The notes: a model not told the origin generated them from the letters alone. A DNA stretch of 64,000 bases from an uncultured Nitrospinota bacterium (GCA_963707985.1 CAVPRW010000002.1:96001-160000), one strand, 5' to 3'. Positions 43,566-55,203 are shown, counted from the stretch's first letter. Translations and numbers: made by a program.

Positions 43566-45080
43566 GTGATCGATGAGCCGGTCGGACGCCCTGGTGACCC
43601 CTGCGTCATGGTGATTTTTGGCGCGTCTGGAGATCTTACCAAGCGCAAGCTCATTCCCGCTCTGTATAACTTGGCGAAGGACAATCTGCTGTCGCGCCAA
43701 TTCGCGGTTGTCGGCTTGGCACGCCGCCCGATGACCAACGAGAGCTTTCGCGAGAAGTTGACCGAGGAGATCAAGGAATTCGCCACCGGACCGGTCGACC
43801 CGGACCTGTGGGAGTGGTTCGTGCGGCGGCTCTACTACTTGCCCGGTGATGGCCAGGATCCGGATACAGCTCAGCGACTGAAGGAGCTGCTGACGCAGAT
43901 CGACAAGGAACATGGCACGCCGGGTAATTACTTCTATTACCTAGCCACCGCCCCTGGCCTCTTCGCCGGCGTGATCAACCAGTTGGGCTTGGCAGGCCTG
44001 ACCCATGAGGCCAACGGCCGCTGGCGGCGGGTGATCATCGAAAAGCCCTTCGGACACGATTTTGCCTCGGCCCGCCAGCTCAATCAAGATATCCGCCAGG
44101 TCCTCGAGGAAAAGCAAATCTATCGCATCGATCACTACCTGGGCAAAGAGACCGTGCAGAATATTTTGGTGTTCCGTTTTGCCAACGGCATCTTCGAGCC
44201 CATCTGGAACCGCCGCTATATCGACCACGTGCAACTCACCGTGGCTGAAACCGTCGGCGTCGAGGAGCGCGGTCCGTATTACGATGAAACCGGCGCGCTG
44301 CGGGATATGGTGCCGAATCACATCTTCCAGTTGATCACCCTGATGGCGATGGAGCCGCCGATCTCCTTCGAAGCCGATGCGGTCCGCGACGAACAGACCA
44401 AGATTCTCCGCGCCATGCAGCCGTTGACGCCCGAAGAGGTGCTATCGCGCACGGTGCGCGGTCAATACAGCGAAGGCATCTTCGGCGGTGAGCACGTGCC
44501 GGGATATCGTTCGGAGCCGCGGGTGCCCCAGGATTCTCGGACCGAGACGTTCGTCGCCCTCAAGCTCCTGATCGATAACTGGCGCTGGGCCGATGTGCCC
44601 TTCTACCTGCGTACCGGCAAACGCCTGCCGCAGCGTGTGACTGAGATCGCGATTCAGTTCAAGCGCGCCCCTTTCATGCTATTCCGCAAAACCTCAGTGG
44701 AGCGCTTGACGCCGAACCTCCTGGTCCTGCATATTCAGCCGGACGAGGGCATCTCGCTGCGGTTCGGCGCCAAGATGCCCGGTCCACTGGTACAGCTGGG
44801 GTCGGTGAACATGAATTTCCGCTACGCCGACTATTTCGGCAGCACGCCCAGCACCGGCTATGAACGTCTGCTGTACGATTGCATGACGGGTGATGCCACG
44901 CTGTTCCAGCGTGCTGACATGGTTGAGGCATCGTGGAGCGTGGTGACGCCGATTCTGGACGTCTGGAAAGCCCTACCGCCGCGCAACTTCCCGAACTATG
45001 CGGCCGGCACCTGGGGACCAAAGGAGGCGGACGAGTTGCTCGAACGGGAAGGACGACAGTGGAGGAGGATCAACGGATGA
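43566..45080 (+). CDS. zwf: Glucose-6-phosphate 1-dehydrogenase
   Basis: [17 protein letters not shown] and RIDHYLGKE. Confidence 0.97.
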   Translation: MIDEPVGRPGDPCVMVIFGASGDLTKRKLIPALYNLAKDNLLSRQFAVVGLARRPMTNESFREKLTEEIKEFATGPVDPDLWEWFVRRLYYLPGDGQDPDTAQRLKELLTQIDKEHGTPGNYFYYLATAPGLFAGVINQLGLAGLTHEANGRWRRVIIEKPFGHDFASARQLNQDIRQVLEEKQIYRIDHYLGKETVQNILVFRFANGIFEPIWNRRYIDHVQLTVAETVGVEERGPYYDETGALRDMVPNHIFQLITLMAMEPPISFEADAVRDEQTKILRAMQPLTPEEVLSRTVRGQYSEGIFGGEHVPGYRSEPRVPQDSRTETFVALKLLIDNWRWADVPFYLRTGKRLPQRVTEIAIQFKRAPFMLFRKTSVERLTPNLLVLHIQPDEGISLRFGAKMPGPLVQLGSVNMNFRYADYFGSTPSTGYERLLYDCMTGDATLFQRADMVEASWSVVTPILDVWKALPPRNFPNYAAGTWGPKEADELLEREGRQWRRING

Positions 45081-46057
45081 TCCTGGCCGGCGACATCGGC
45101 GCCACGAACAGCAGGCTGGCCTTGTTCGCGGTGCGTGAAGGACGCGTGGAGCCTGTCGTCGAGGCAACGTATCCGAGTCGCGACCATGCAAACCTGGAAA
45201 CCATCGTGAAGACGTTCCTGTCAGCCCATGACCTGCCGATCGACGTGGCCTGCTTCGGAATCGCCGGACCCGTGCGACATGGACGTAGCGATACAACCAA
45301 TCTCCCCTGGGACGTCGATGCCCAGGACCTGGCGCAGACGTTGCAGCTCAGGTCGGTCGGGCTGCTCAACGATCTGGAGGCCCACGCCTACGGTATCGCC
45401 ATGTTGGCTCCAGACGATTTTGTGACGGTCAATCAGGGTGCACTGAACGCCTCAGGGAACGCCGCGGTTATCGCCGCCGGCACCGGTTTGGGCGAGGCAG
45501 GGCTGTACTGGAATGGCCAGCAGCATCTCCCGTTTGCAGGCGAGGGAGGCCATGCCAGCTTCGCGCCCAGCGACCCCTTACAGATCGAGCTCCTGCGCTT
45601 TCTCAGTCATGAATTCGGACATGTCAGCTGGGAGCGGGTGCTGTCTGGTCCTGGCTTATACAATATCTACCGATTTTTGCGTGACACCGGGCGGGGCGAG
45701 GAGTCCGACTGGCTGACAGACGAGATGCAGCAACATGACCCATCGGCTGTCATCTCGCAAGCAGCGCTCGCCGGCACCAGTGCCCTCTGCCGACAAACCC
45801 TCGATCTCTTCGTGGGGTTGTATGGCGCCGAGGCTGGCAATTTGGCATTAAAGCTCATGGCGACCGCCGGAGTCTATGTCGGTGGCGGCATCGCCCCTAA
45901 AATCATCCAGAAACTCACGGACTCGATGTTCATGGATGCGTTCGTGGCCAAGGGGCGCCTTAAACCGTTGTTACAGGGGATTCCAGTACACATCATCATG
46001 AACGATAAGGTGGCGTTGTTGGGCGCGGCACGTTTCGCCACGCTACGGGCCTCGTGA
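45077..46057 (+). CDS. glk: Glucokinase
   Basis: [29 protein letters not shown] and GEGGH. Confidence 0.94.
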   Translation: MILAGDIGATNSRLALFAVREGRVEPVVEATYPSRDHANLETIVKTFLSAHDLPIDVACFGIAGPVRHGRSDTTNLPWDVDAQDLAQTLQLRSVGLLNDLEAHAYGIAMLAPDDFVTVNQGALNASGNAAVIAAGTGLGEAGLYWNGQQHLPFAGEGGHASFAPSDPLQIELLRFLSHEFGHVSWERVLSGPGLYNIYRFLRDTGRGEESDWLTDEMQQHDPSAVISQAALAGTSALCRQTLDLFVGLYGAEAGNLALKLMATAGVYVGGGIAPKIIQKLTDSMFMDAFVAKGRLKPLLQGIPVHIIMNDKVALLGAARFATLRAS

Positions 46058-46077
46058 AGATAGCAGGGAGACTCGAC

Positions 46078-46734
46078 ATGGTCCAGTTCGCACCGTCGAT
46101 TCTGGCGGCTGATTTCTGGCGCCTGGGTGAACAGGTGAAAGCCGCGGAGGAGGCCGGCGCCAGCCGGTTTCATATCGATGTCATGGATGGGCGATTCGTG
46201 CCAAACATCAGTCTTGGCATGCCGATCGTGGAAGCGATGCGACGGGGTACTTCCCTGCCATTAGAGATGCACCTGATGATCCAAGAGCCCGAACGCTACG
46301 TCGAGGCGTTTATCCAGGCCGGTGCCGACATCGTCATCGTCCATCAAGAAGCCACACCGCATCTGCACCGAACCGTGCAGCTGATCAAACAGCAGCAGAA
46401 AAAGGCGGGAGTGGGTCTCAACCCCTCAACGCCCATCGGGACGATCGAGGACCTCCTCGCCGATATTGACTTGCTCTTAGTGATGACGGTCAACCCTGGA
46501 TTCGGTGGACAACGCTTCATCCACAGCATGCTGCCGAAAATCCAACGGGCCCACCACATACTGCAGCAATGCAACGCGCACTGTGAGCTCGAAGTGGATG
46601 GCGGCGTCGACCTGCAGACGGCCCCGCTGGCGGTGCAGGCCGGAGCCGATGTGTTGGTCGCCGGCACCGCCATTTTTGCCGACAAAGATGGGCCGCAAGC
46701 GGGATTGTTACGCCTCATGCAGGCGATTCAGTAA
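46078..46734 (+). CDS. rpe: Ribulose-phosphate 3-epimerase
   Basis: APSILAADF, HIDVMDGRFVPN, MTVNPGFGGQ and EVDGGV. Confidence 0.96.
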   Translation: MVQFAPSILAADFWRLGEQVKAAEEAGASRFHIDVMDGRFVPNISLGMPIVEAMRRGTSLPLEMHLMIQEPERYVEAFIQAGADIVIVHQEATPHLHRTVQLIKQQQKKAGVGLNPSTPIGTIEDLLADIDLLLVMTVNPGFGGQRFIHSMLPKIQRAHHILQQCNAHCELEVDGGVDLQTAPLAVQAGADVLVAGTAIFADKDGPQAGLLRLMQAIQ

Positions 46735-46900
46735 GTTAAGGGCCCACTTTTCGGTAGCGCCTGGTGATGCTGAAAGAATGAGCTCAGCCAGTACTCCTCA
46801 TCCTTCCATGCTTCATCCCAGCCTGATACTCTAGCGAATTTGCTTCACCAAGAGCGCGAGGAGGCTCTCTTGGGCGGTCACAATCTGCGCCTGGCCGGCC

Positions 46901-47830
46901 TTACAAGTCGCCGCGCCCCAGCTCTTCGCTCTCGACCTCGAAGCGGAACCCCTGCTGTTCCGCGATCTCCACCACCGGCTTGCTGCGATCGAGGACGTCT
47001 CCCACCTTGACGTCCCCCATCGTCACGATGCTATGGATGGGCGCACGAATGACCGCCTGCTGGCGTTCGAGCACGAGATTCGCCAGCTCGATCTGGAGGA
47101 CCTCGATGGCCGCGCGTTTGAGGCCCTGTTCGGTTTGCAGTTCCTGCCGCCGCACGGCATCGTCTTGGGTCACCTGGGTGAGTGCCCGACGTAGCACCTC
47201 GACCTTGCCTGTATCAATGAGGAACCTGGCTTTGTCGAACTTTTCCTGGGCCTCGTGGACCCGCGCCATGGCTTTGCGCAGATCGTCCCGTGGGACGATC
47301 TCACGTGCGACCAGTTGCCGCACGTGCGCGGCTTCCTGCTGCGCGTTCTGGAGCTCCAGTCCGGCCAGCCGGATATCCGTAACCTGTCGGTCCTTGGCCT
47401 GACACACTTCCTCCTGCACTTGCGCGAGCTCGGCTGCCGCCCCGGCTCTGGCGGCGGCAAACTGGTGTGCTAATAACTGCTCCCGGCGATCCATCTCTGC
47501 GAGCTCGTCCTCGCCAACCTGGATGGCTCGTCGCCGTTTGGTCATCTCAAGGTCCATCCGCTCTGTGTCCAGCCGGATCAGGACGTCGTCCTGGCGCACC
47601 TCATCCCCTTTGCGAACGTTCACCTCAATGACCTGTCCACTCATACTCGCGCTCAAGACCGCCCCGCTGCCACCATACACAACCTTCATGGGAGAAGACA
47701 TCGGCCGTACACGCCCCAGGGCGCGGACCACGAGGTCCGCCTTCGTTGCGGCCGACCACAGCAGCGCTGCAGCCAGGAGCGCGCCGAGCAAGAGCAGCGT
47801 CCCATGGACGATCCGTGGGCATCGCGAAGC
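46901..47830 (-). pseudogene. HlyD-family membrane fusion protein, truncated at both ends
   Basis: TM helix, ADLVVRALGRVRP, VNVRKGDEV, coiled coil and IRAPI; the C-terminal beta-barrel is missing. Confidence 0.72.
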
Positions 47831-47946
47831 ATGTCGAGTGCGATGCGGTTGCTGATATGTTCTCGGGTGCGCACGCGATAGACCGTTTTCTGCATCTTGC
47901 GATGACGACGATGGCTGCGTTCCACGGCGTTGGCAGTCGAAGGGAG

Positions 47947-49169
47947 TCACTTCACGTCGAGGCATGTGAGTGCCTTGTCTCGATTGGGGCTGAACAGTGT
48001 CTGGAGGGTCTGGCCCGGCTTCCGGAAGCGACCCACCCGTCGACGGAGCTTGGCCAACGTCTGTAAGGCCGTCTCACTCCGGCAGCGCCGGTCAAAGAGC
48101 CGATAGACCTCGTCCATGATGTCCCGCAGCGCACGCAGTGGCTTATGCCCGCGACTGATCCGGGTGCGTGTCTTCCGTTCGCCAGGGGTCAGGGCGTGCT
48201 GGACGAAGAGGTCGCGATGGTCGCACAGGTCGGTGACGTTCTGCTGCCACGCGCCCTTGGCACGGGCCTTGTGCTTCGCGGCCTGTGACATCGGACGGCC
48301 ATGGGGGCGTGTGGGGATGTGCGCGGTGAGCGTCTTACGCACCCGCGTGACCGCTTTGAGCACCGCCTCCTTTGAGCACCGCCTTGATGATCTCTGCGAT
48401 GCTAGGGAATTCGCAGATCGGGTGCGGGACCTGGCCAAAGATCTCGGCAATCGGCCCGGGAGAGAGCGGCGAGGCATCGGTGGTGATGCCCACAACGGTG
48501 AGGCATCGGGTGGCGAGGGCGACCGGAAAACGCCTGAAAAAAGCCCGGATGTCCGCGTGGGTGGGGTGGTGATCGAGCACCTCATAGACGAGCCGTTTGC
48601 AGCGGCGGTTATCGACCATGGACAGCACACAGCAAGGCCCGTCGTCGAGTTCATCGGCGGCGATGTCGCCGGAGAAGTCCGCGACTGCCTATGTGCGATA
48701 GTCCCTGGTGATCCGCGCCGCGGCTTTTTCCCCCACTGGCCTCCACCCAGTTTGGCATGGTAGCCAAGGGGACGAAGACGCGATGGTCACGCCAGAGGTG
48801 CCACGAAGCCGCCCGATAGGGCCATCCATCCTCCACGACCAAGCCCACGGCGACAGCCACGACCCGGTGCGTGTCATGATTCCCGGGGAGGGCCACATCA
48901 GACATGTCGGCGTTGAAATAATGCTGACAGTGGGCGCAGTGATGCGGCGAAGAGGTCATGTGGATCTCGTGGGGGTGCCCGGCTACCAGGTCCCCCAGGT
49001 CGTGCAGAAGACGGTGGACGCACCGCAGGCGAGAGGCTCGGGTGCCGCAACGAGGGCACTTGCGATCTGTATAGTTGCGGCTGCGGCTGATGATTTTGGC
49101 CTTGGGCACGTCTTCGACACGCGTGATGCCCTCTGTCACGTCGGTTAGGTATGCACCAGGTCTGGGCAT
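47947..49169 (-). mobile_element. Degenerate transposase in two frames (zinc-finger N-terminus), C-terminally truncated; family not assigned
   Basis: CPRC...HCAHC, WHLWRDHRVFVP, frame change at GGGGGAAAAAG, then GITTDASPL and VYRLFDRRCR. No terminal repeats found. Confidence 0.7.
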
Positions 49170-50272
49170 GACAAGATCCTCTCACTGGATAGGAACACTA
49201 ATTCTGTGTCCAGACTACTACTTGTTCCAAGACCAATCGGTTCAGCATTTCCACCTAGGATAACTATGTCCAAATTTTTCTTCGATGCAGTCTTAACCAA
49301 AATTGCGTAATCTCTGAGACTCGCAAGACTGGCTTGCGTGCTCCAAAGACCTGGACCTTTGTGCGAGGCAGCCCCGACTTGCCCAAATGTCCCAGATAGT
49401 CGATGCGTCTTCTCCGCGATCAATCGGGGGTCTGGAGGGAAGACATCCTGTAAATAGGTGCTGGTCTCATACTTTTTATCCAATAGTCGCCGTAGTTTAC
49501 TGACAGGAACGGCATAGTAGCGTTGGTACCCTTCAATTCCCTGAACATTGATGCCAATCACCCGGTCTCCCCGATAGAGGGGACCACCGCTATTACCTGG
49601 AAGGATTGAGGCTGTGTGGACCACCTGAGCGATGTTCGATCGTTCATCTCGCTTGAGCATGCTGATGTTGCCCTCGGTGATAGACAACCCCTCGCATAAA
49701 CCGTTTCCCGCCGCCAGCACGCTGTCCCTCACCTCCGCAACGCTTAAATCTCCCAATTGAGCCGTCGCAAAGGTATCGCTGGAGTTGATCTTCAGCACTG
49801 CGAGGTCGTTCTCAGGGTCATAAACTTTCAGGTGGGCGACGTCGTACCTCCGCCCGTCATCAAAGATGACTTCCCCCCTGAGCGCTCTTTGAGCCACATG
49901 GTAATTCGTGACAACGGTGCCGTCCTTCCCAATCACAAAGCCGCTTCCACACCACTGTCGTTGCACGATCTCCACCCCGTTTCCAGTGGGTTTCCCTCGA
50001 TTATCAAACCTCACTCCTGACCCAAACACATAACCCACCATACGCAGCGAGACTGTGGTTCGCCGCAAGTATGGATTCGGAGGAAATTTTGCCGTGCCAC
50101 CACTATCCACGGTCACAGCGGTAGCGCTGTGACCAGCTCTAGGGTCACTCCCTGCATAAGCTTGGAGTCCCATGAGAATGCCGACGAACAGCGTACAGGC
50201 AAGCATTCGGGCCATTGCGGCAGCGGCCGCTGCTACTTTCTGTTCATTACGGATCATTAACGCTTTCGTCAT
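49145..50272 (-). CDS. Trypsin-like (S1C) serine protease with N-terminal hydrophobic segment; C-terminus probably cut by the adjacent transposase remnant
   Basis: GSGFVI, TNYHV, DLAVLK and PGNSGGPL. Confidence 0.85.
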   Translation of the reverse strand: MTKALMIRNEQKVAAAAAAMARMLACTLFVGILMGLQAYAGSDPRAGHSATAVTVDSGGTAKFPPNPYLRRTTVSLRMVGYVFGSGVRFDNRGKPTGNGVEIVQRQWCGSGFVIGKDGTVVTNYHVAQRALRGEVIFDDGRRYDVAHLKVYDPENDLAVLKINSSDTFATAQLGDLSVAEVRDSVLAAGNGLCEGLSITEGNISMLKRDERSNIAQVVHTASILPGNSGGPLYRGDRVIGINVQGIEGYQRYYAVPVSKLRRLLDKKYETSTYLQDVFPPDPRLIAEKTHRLSGTFGQVGAASHKGPGLWSTQASLASLRDYAILVKTASKKNLDIVILGGNAEPIGLGTSSSLDTELVFLSSERILSCPDLVHT

Positions 50273-50499
50273 GGCCTCGCTCCTCCATACAAAATACAGA
50301 GTGGCTATTGCTTCCCACTTTCGAATGCTCCGAGATACCGATTGCGTTATCATCATGAGTTTCCCCCTCCTGGCTCTGGGCTCAGTTCATCTCAAGCTTC
50401 CTGAGAGTAGTTCTACGGTCGCTCGCTTTAAATTTCACAGCGATGCTGGGTATGCTGAAGCGGGCCATGTCACACCATCACGTTGGTCTGGTAGCCGGT

Positions 50500-50830
50500 C
50501 GTCGTGATCGCTGTCCTGACCAAGACGCTCCTGGCCGTAACCGGAGTGCCGATTCAGGTACCTCATGCGCTCGCGGGCGCCAGGGGCGTCTCGGAGGCAC
50601 ATCGTCCGCCACGAGGTGGGGCAAACTGCATGGACTGCACGGCAGGACACCGAGGATGGAAGCCGCCCAGACTTGACCCTCGAGGGTCCGTATGGCCCGG
50701 CGGAGCCCAGGAGGCATCTAGTCTGCCTGACCAAGGCGACAGTGGGCAAAGCCTTGCCGCCGTTCGATGTCGAGGCTAACCGCCGCCTGATCGAGCACCG
50801 TGGTATCGAGGCCGCCACTCCATAGGTGAC
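50500..50830 (+). pseudogene. Possible highly degraded transposase fragment
   Basis: LTKATVGKALPPFDVEANRRLIEHRGI resembles the Y..R..IE region of DDE transposases; weak. Confidence 0.3.
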
Positions 50831-51601
50831 GGCGGGTCAGCCGGTGGGCTGGATGCTGAGGTGGGCGCCAGGCCTCGGGACCGGCAAGCCATGTTGGCCT
50901 CATCCCGACTCACAGGTCAGGGTTGAGCCTTCTAGGGGACGCGCAGTTGCGCCCTTAAAAACTCTTGACACGCGGCTCACGGTGTGACACGGGCTGAGCG
51001 CGCATTATCCTCTTATTTCTTGCTTGGCCAAGAGCCGAGTCCCATGGGCGTTCGACTCATCCCAAACCATATTCTGGTGAAGCCGCAACTTCTGCCCCTT
51101 ACCTCGTCCCTCACCGATGGGCGGCGTCTGGGGTATGGCGCTACGTCTATCCCAAGGGGTGCCGTGCCTTTCTGAGGCTGCTCCACCCTGGGTTGAGAGG
51201 TCTATGCCTAAGCCGACACCACGTGGGTTTCGTTCGAGGGCACCGAGACCGACGCCTGCGCGGCATAGACTGCTATGGGTGGATACAAGGGTGACGAACA
51301 GGCCATGCTCGTGCGTCCTCGTCCGGAACGAGCCGAGAGGCGACAGATGCCACAGCGCAGTGGGGGGGCGATCGAGCGAACCCCACCGAGGCGTGCTGAG
51401 GTGTGAGATGCGGCCAAGGATATCGTGCGCCGTCGGAGGTCTGAGCAGGGGCGTGTGACATGCCGGAAGGAATCTCCAGGGGGGCCATGCGGGCTTTCTG
51501 GGGTAGGTTTTTTAGAGAGTGGATTGCAAGCCATGGCAAGACAACCCTCCTTGGGCCATACTGTGGGTTTCCACACACCCCAGTCACCCAAGGAGGACAA
51601 C

Positions 51602-51758
51602 GATGTCTTGCCAGAGTCGTCTTGACGAATGGACCACCGGTATTCGCACACATTTACCCACGTTACGCAAACCCCAGGCCACCGTCTTGGCCCTGTGGAG
51701 CCTGGGGATGGTGCTCGCCCGCTCGTGCGCCCTGACGGATCTTCCTCCCTCGCTCTAA
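51602..51758 (+). pseudogene. N-terminal fragment of an IS4-like transposase
   Basis: AGGAGG RBS, then W...IRTHLPTLRKPQATVLALWSLGMVLARSCALT and a stop. Confidence 0.65.
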
Positions 51759-52221
51759 TGATTTCAATCACTTAGCTCATTTGTAGGCATGTAATGACTC
51801 TAGTGATTTCAAGCACATACGCGGCTATGGGGGAAGATGGGTCAGTTATGGTGGGGAAGACCTCGGGAACACCCACGTGTTTGAGGAGTTCGAACTCGTC
51901 CGAGGAGAGCAACGACGGGAACTCCGCTTTCAGCGGGCGGGCCAAGTGAAAAGCCTCAATCTGGAGGCTGGCCGCCTGCAAGGCCTCGAGCTGGAGGATT
52001 CTGTCCCATCGACAGTCAAGCCAGCTGATTCCCCGAGCGATGGACAGCTCCAGTCTGGAGCGGGGGCTCTTATTAGCCAAGAGACACCGCGGTAAATGGC
52101 CCGCGCCCCTGCCCTCCCCGCCGATGGCAAAGGTTTGATGGGTCTCTTCGATATCTGCCGAGTTTGACATACACACTTCTGGTATGTATGATGGGCTCAT
52201 ATGAAAGGAGGGTAGATCACT

Positions 52222-52467
52222 ATGCATCGGCGGATCAACATCACCTTGCCAGAGGAGACCCTGGATCTGATTGATCGGGCCGTCCACCCCAGCAACCGCA
52301 GCCGTTTTATCGATGAAGCCATCAAGCACTACATCGCGGAAAGAGGTCGAAGCAATCTCAGGCAGCAATTGAAGGAGGGAGCTATCCGACGCGCCCAGCG
52401 GGATCTCACCCTGGCCGAAGAGTGGTTCGCCCTTGATGAAGAGGCATGGCAAGACGCCCGCAGGTAG
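52222..52467 (+). CDS. Ribbon-helix-helix (CopG-like) antitoxin
   Basis: RINITLPEE and NRSRFIDEA; overlaps the toxin gene. Confidence 0.85.
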   Translation: MHRRINITLPEETLDLIDRAVHPSNRSRFIDEAIKHYIAERGRSNLRQQLKEGAIRRAQRDLTLAEEWFALDEEAWQDARR

Positions 52468-52817
52468 CGCGCCCCAAACGGGGCGAGGTGTACCTCATGA
52501 ACTTTGATCCCACCATCGGGGCGGAAATCCAGAAGACCCGCCCAGCCTTGATTGTGCAAAACGACATCGCCAACCGCCACAGCCCCATCACCATCGTTGC
52601 CGCCATCAGCTCGCAATTTGACGAAACCGTCTATCCTACCGAGGTCCTGATCCGGGCCCCGGAAGGAGGCCTCACCGTTAATTCGGTTGTACTTCTCAAC
52701 CAAGTCCGCTCGGTCGATAAGCGCAGACTTATACGCCGTCTCGGGATGTTGACCCCAGCGACTATGGAGCGTGTGAGCCGTGCGCTGCAGATCAGCTTTG
52801 GGATGGTAGACATATAG
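52446..52817 (+). CDS. mazF: PemK/MazF family mRNA interferase
   Basis: RGEVY..NFDPTIGAEIQKTRPALIVQND and QVRSVDKRRL. Confidence 0.92.
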   Translation: MARRPQVARPKRGEVYLMNFDPTIGAEIQKTRPALIVQNDIANRHSPITIVAAISSQFDETVYPTEVLIRAPEGGLTVNSVVLLNQVRSVDKRRLIRRLGMLTPATMERVSRALQISFGMVDI

Positions 52818-52956
52818 GCTCCTTTTGATGAGGCCTTGGCAATGAAAATCTCGTCAGTCACTCGTCGAGACATTATCGACTCACTAGTCGCCGAAAACCT
52901 CGAAAGGAGTCCCGCGTCCAAGCGGCAGCTGGGATGACGCCGCGAGTATAAACGGC

Positions 52957-53119
52957 GAGCTGGAAGTGGATGGCGGCGTCGACCTGCAGACGGCCCCGCT
53001 GGCGGTGCAGGCCGGAGCCGACGTGTTAGTGGCCGGCACCGCCATTTTTGCCGACAAAGATGGACCGAAAGCAGGATTGTTGCGCCTTATGCAGGCGATT
53101 CAGTGAGTCGAAGGCCCAC
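52957..53119 (+). repeat. 163-bp direct repeat of the rpe 3' end (other copy at 46585-46747)
   Basis: Manual alignment gives 13 mismatches, no gaps and a 59-bp identical block. Confidence 0.95.
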
Positions 53120-53161
53120 CTTCGACGATGCGATGTCCGGCCACGCCGCTTCACCACCGCT

Positions 53162-54226
53162 TCACATGTTGAACCGAATATATCGGTCTTCTTGGTCGGC
53201 ATCCTCTTTCGAATAGCTGACAGCATGCACCTGATCGCCGGCACGGTTCTTCAAGGTGATTGTCCCACCTTTATTGCCGAGCTGCGCTCCGTTTCCCGAT
53301 AAGATCACGCGGCGGGATTCGCCAGCGGGCAAGAGCAGGCCGCTCAATACGTCGGCCTTGTTGTTCTTATCGACAATGCTCCAGCCGGTCAAGTCCACTG
53401 AGGCCACCGTGGTGTTCCCAATCACGACGACTTCGTTCCCTGGCTCGTTACCTTCAGGGTTGATAAGCGCTCTTTCGATGTACACGACTGGATGGGTGAC
53501 AGGCGTTGACTTACCGTCGTCCGGATCGGGAATACCGCCCGCCGGAATCGGCTTGGCTCCCGGTGAGCGGTGCCCTGTAACTTTGTCTGTCGGCAGCCAC
53601 TGCGTCGCAAACCTGAGAAAGAGTCCGACGTATCGCGAGCCGAATTTCAGAATCAACCCCCCATCCTGAAACACGCCATTATCCTTTGCAAATGAACCAG
53701 GATTTGGATTGCCCTGGTTCATATGGATGTCGTGCACTCCCTGAACCGTGTGAAACTCGCGATCGATCGGCCGTGGGTCAGGCGGTCGGCCAGGCTCCGG
53801 GAATTTGGCGCCAAATGCAAATAGCTCGCCTCCCTGATCATGCAGTTGCTTCAGGTAGGTGACCAGCACGTCTTGCAGATCATCGTCGGCACCGGGGCCA
53901 GAAGGCGGGATGGCGACTCCGGTCGGCCAATCGAACAGCGGCGCCCGAAAGTAGTCCAGGGCTGAGGTCGCCGCACGTGCGGAGGGCGGAAGTAACGTAA
54001 ACCCGGCGGCGACTTGTGGCAATGCAGCTAGGAGGGCATGGCCCTGCAATGGGTCTGCCCGGTGAAAGATCAGGCGCGACTGGTCTGCGGACAACACATT
54101 GACCGGCACGCGCCATGCCTGGTTACGACCATCCACCACCCGAATCTGTAGATGCGGCGTGCTCAGGTCATCCTCACGCTTGAAGACATCGACATGTCCT
54201 CGCAAGACTCCGTATTGCTGCAGCAC
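53162..54226 (-). CDS. DUF2278 (YukJ-like) protein with C-terminal lamin-tail domain
   Basis: YGVLRG, LDYFR, GVHDIHMNQGN, QDGGL; LTD motif E.V.I.N....VDLTGW.I.D. Confidence 0.85.
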   Translation of the reverse strand: MLQQYGVLRGHVDVFKREDDLSTPHLQIRVVDGRNQAWRVPVNVLSADQSRLIFHRADPLQGHALLAALPQVAAGFTLLPPSARAATSALDYFRAPLFDWPTGVAIPPSGPGADDDLQDVLVTYLKQLHDQGGELFAFGAKFPEPGRPPDPRPIDREFHTVQGVHDIHMNQGNPNPGSFAKDNGVFQDGGLILKFGSRYVGLFLRFATQWLPTDKVTGHRSPGAKPIPAGGIPDPDDGKSTPVTHPVVYIERALINPEGNEPGNEVVVIGNTTVASVDLTGWSIVDKNNKADVLSGLLLPAGESRRVILSGNGAQLGNKGGTITLKNRAGDQVHAVSYSKEDADQEDRYIRFNM

Positions 54227-54680
54227 GATTGTGCCCTCCTGGCTCAATGATGGCAGTTTCACAGCGTTCAAGACACTGAGAGACTTGCCGCGTCCAACTT
54301 CGATGTATTCGGGGCTACGCGACGTCTAGCCGACGTGACAGTGTAAGGCAAGTGCTATGCCACACTGGAGTACTCAGGAAAAGCCTTTGAAAAAATTTGC
54401 GGTATCCGATTTTGGCCGCCAACGATATGGCTAGCAGCTGTCCAGGGCTAAACAGCAGGGATGCCTCAGCGTCTGGGAACGTTCGCGATGGCACAACTGT
54501 TCCGGAAGGGTGGCCTGTGGTCAGATTTGACATGCATGGTCAACCATACACGACTCTGGACCGTAGATGAATCTCGGCTCAGCTTGGGAACCTTTTCTGT
54601 GACTGCATCGTTGTGAGAGATGTCCCTGCGCATGGTTCACGGTAGACGCCAAATCCCGATGCTGGAGCTTCGACTATAGG

Positions 54681-55148
54681 CTATACCTCGGTGATCTCGG
54701 CACTCCATTCGACCTGAATACCTCGTTCCACGGACTGCGATACCGGACACCGCGAATGGTGTAATGCCAGGGAACGCTCGGCTTGCGCGCGCTTCCCCTG
54801 GGGGATTTGCAACTTATATTTGATGTGGACTTTGGTGAGGAGAAGTACCTTGTTCTCTCCCTCCTCAATGTCTCCCTCTACCTCGGTTTCCAACGAACCA
54901 CCGTAGGCCGCGATGTGACGCGCTTCCAGCGCGCCGGCAAGAGTGCCGGTCATTCAAGAGCCGATAGCGGCGACGACATGATCAATGGTCGTTGGAAGTT
55001 CCTCTTCGACCGTCGCCCCATACCACGCCTTGACTCCACCATGCATGCCGGTGCGAATGGGTTCCGGAAATGGTTCGACGAAGGCTTGCTTGACGGTCGG
55101 CTGCTCAGGAACAATGTGCACTTTGGAGCGATAGACGATGTCTCCCAT
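54681..55148 (-). CDS. OsmC-family protein with in-frame TGA (54954-54956), probable selenoprotein
   Basis: ORFs 54954-55148 and 54681-54953 are in the same frame and abut: VAAIGS-TGA-MTGTLAGALEAR...CPVSQS. Confidence 0.8.
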
Positions 55149-55203
55149 AGTGGATTCTCCTTATTGGGGAATGCATACAGTCAGCCTCGCCTATGCTCCT
55201 GCG

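Noticed and set aside
51772..52200. Integrase or recombinase remnant for the rpe island
   Set aside because: No catalytic recombinase motif recognisable in either strand.
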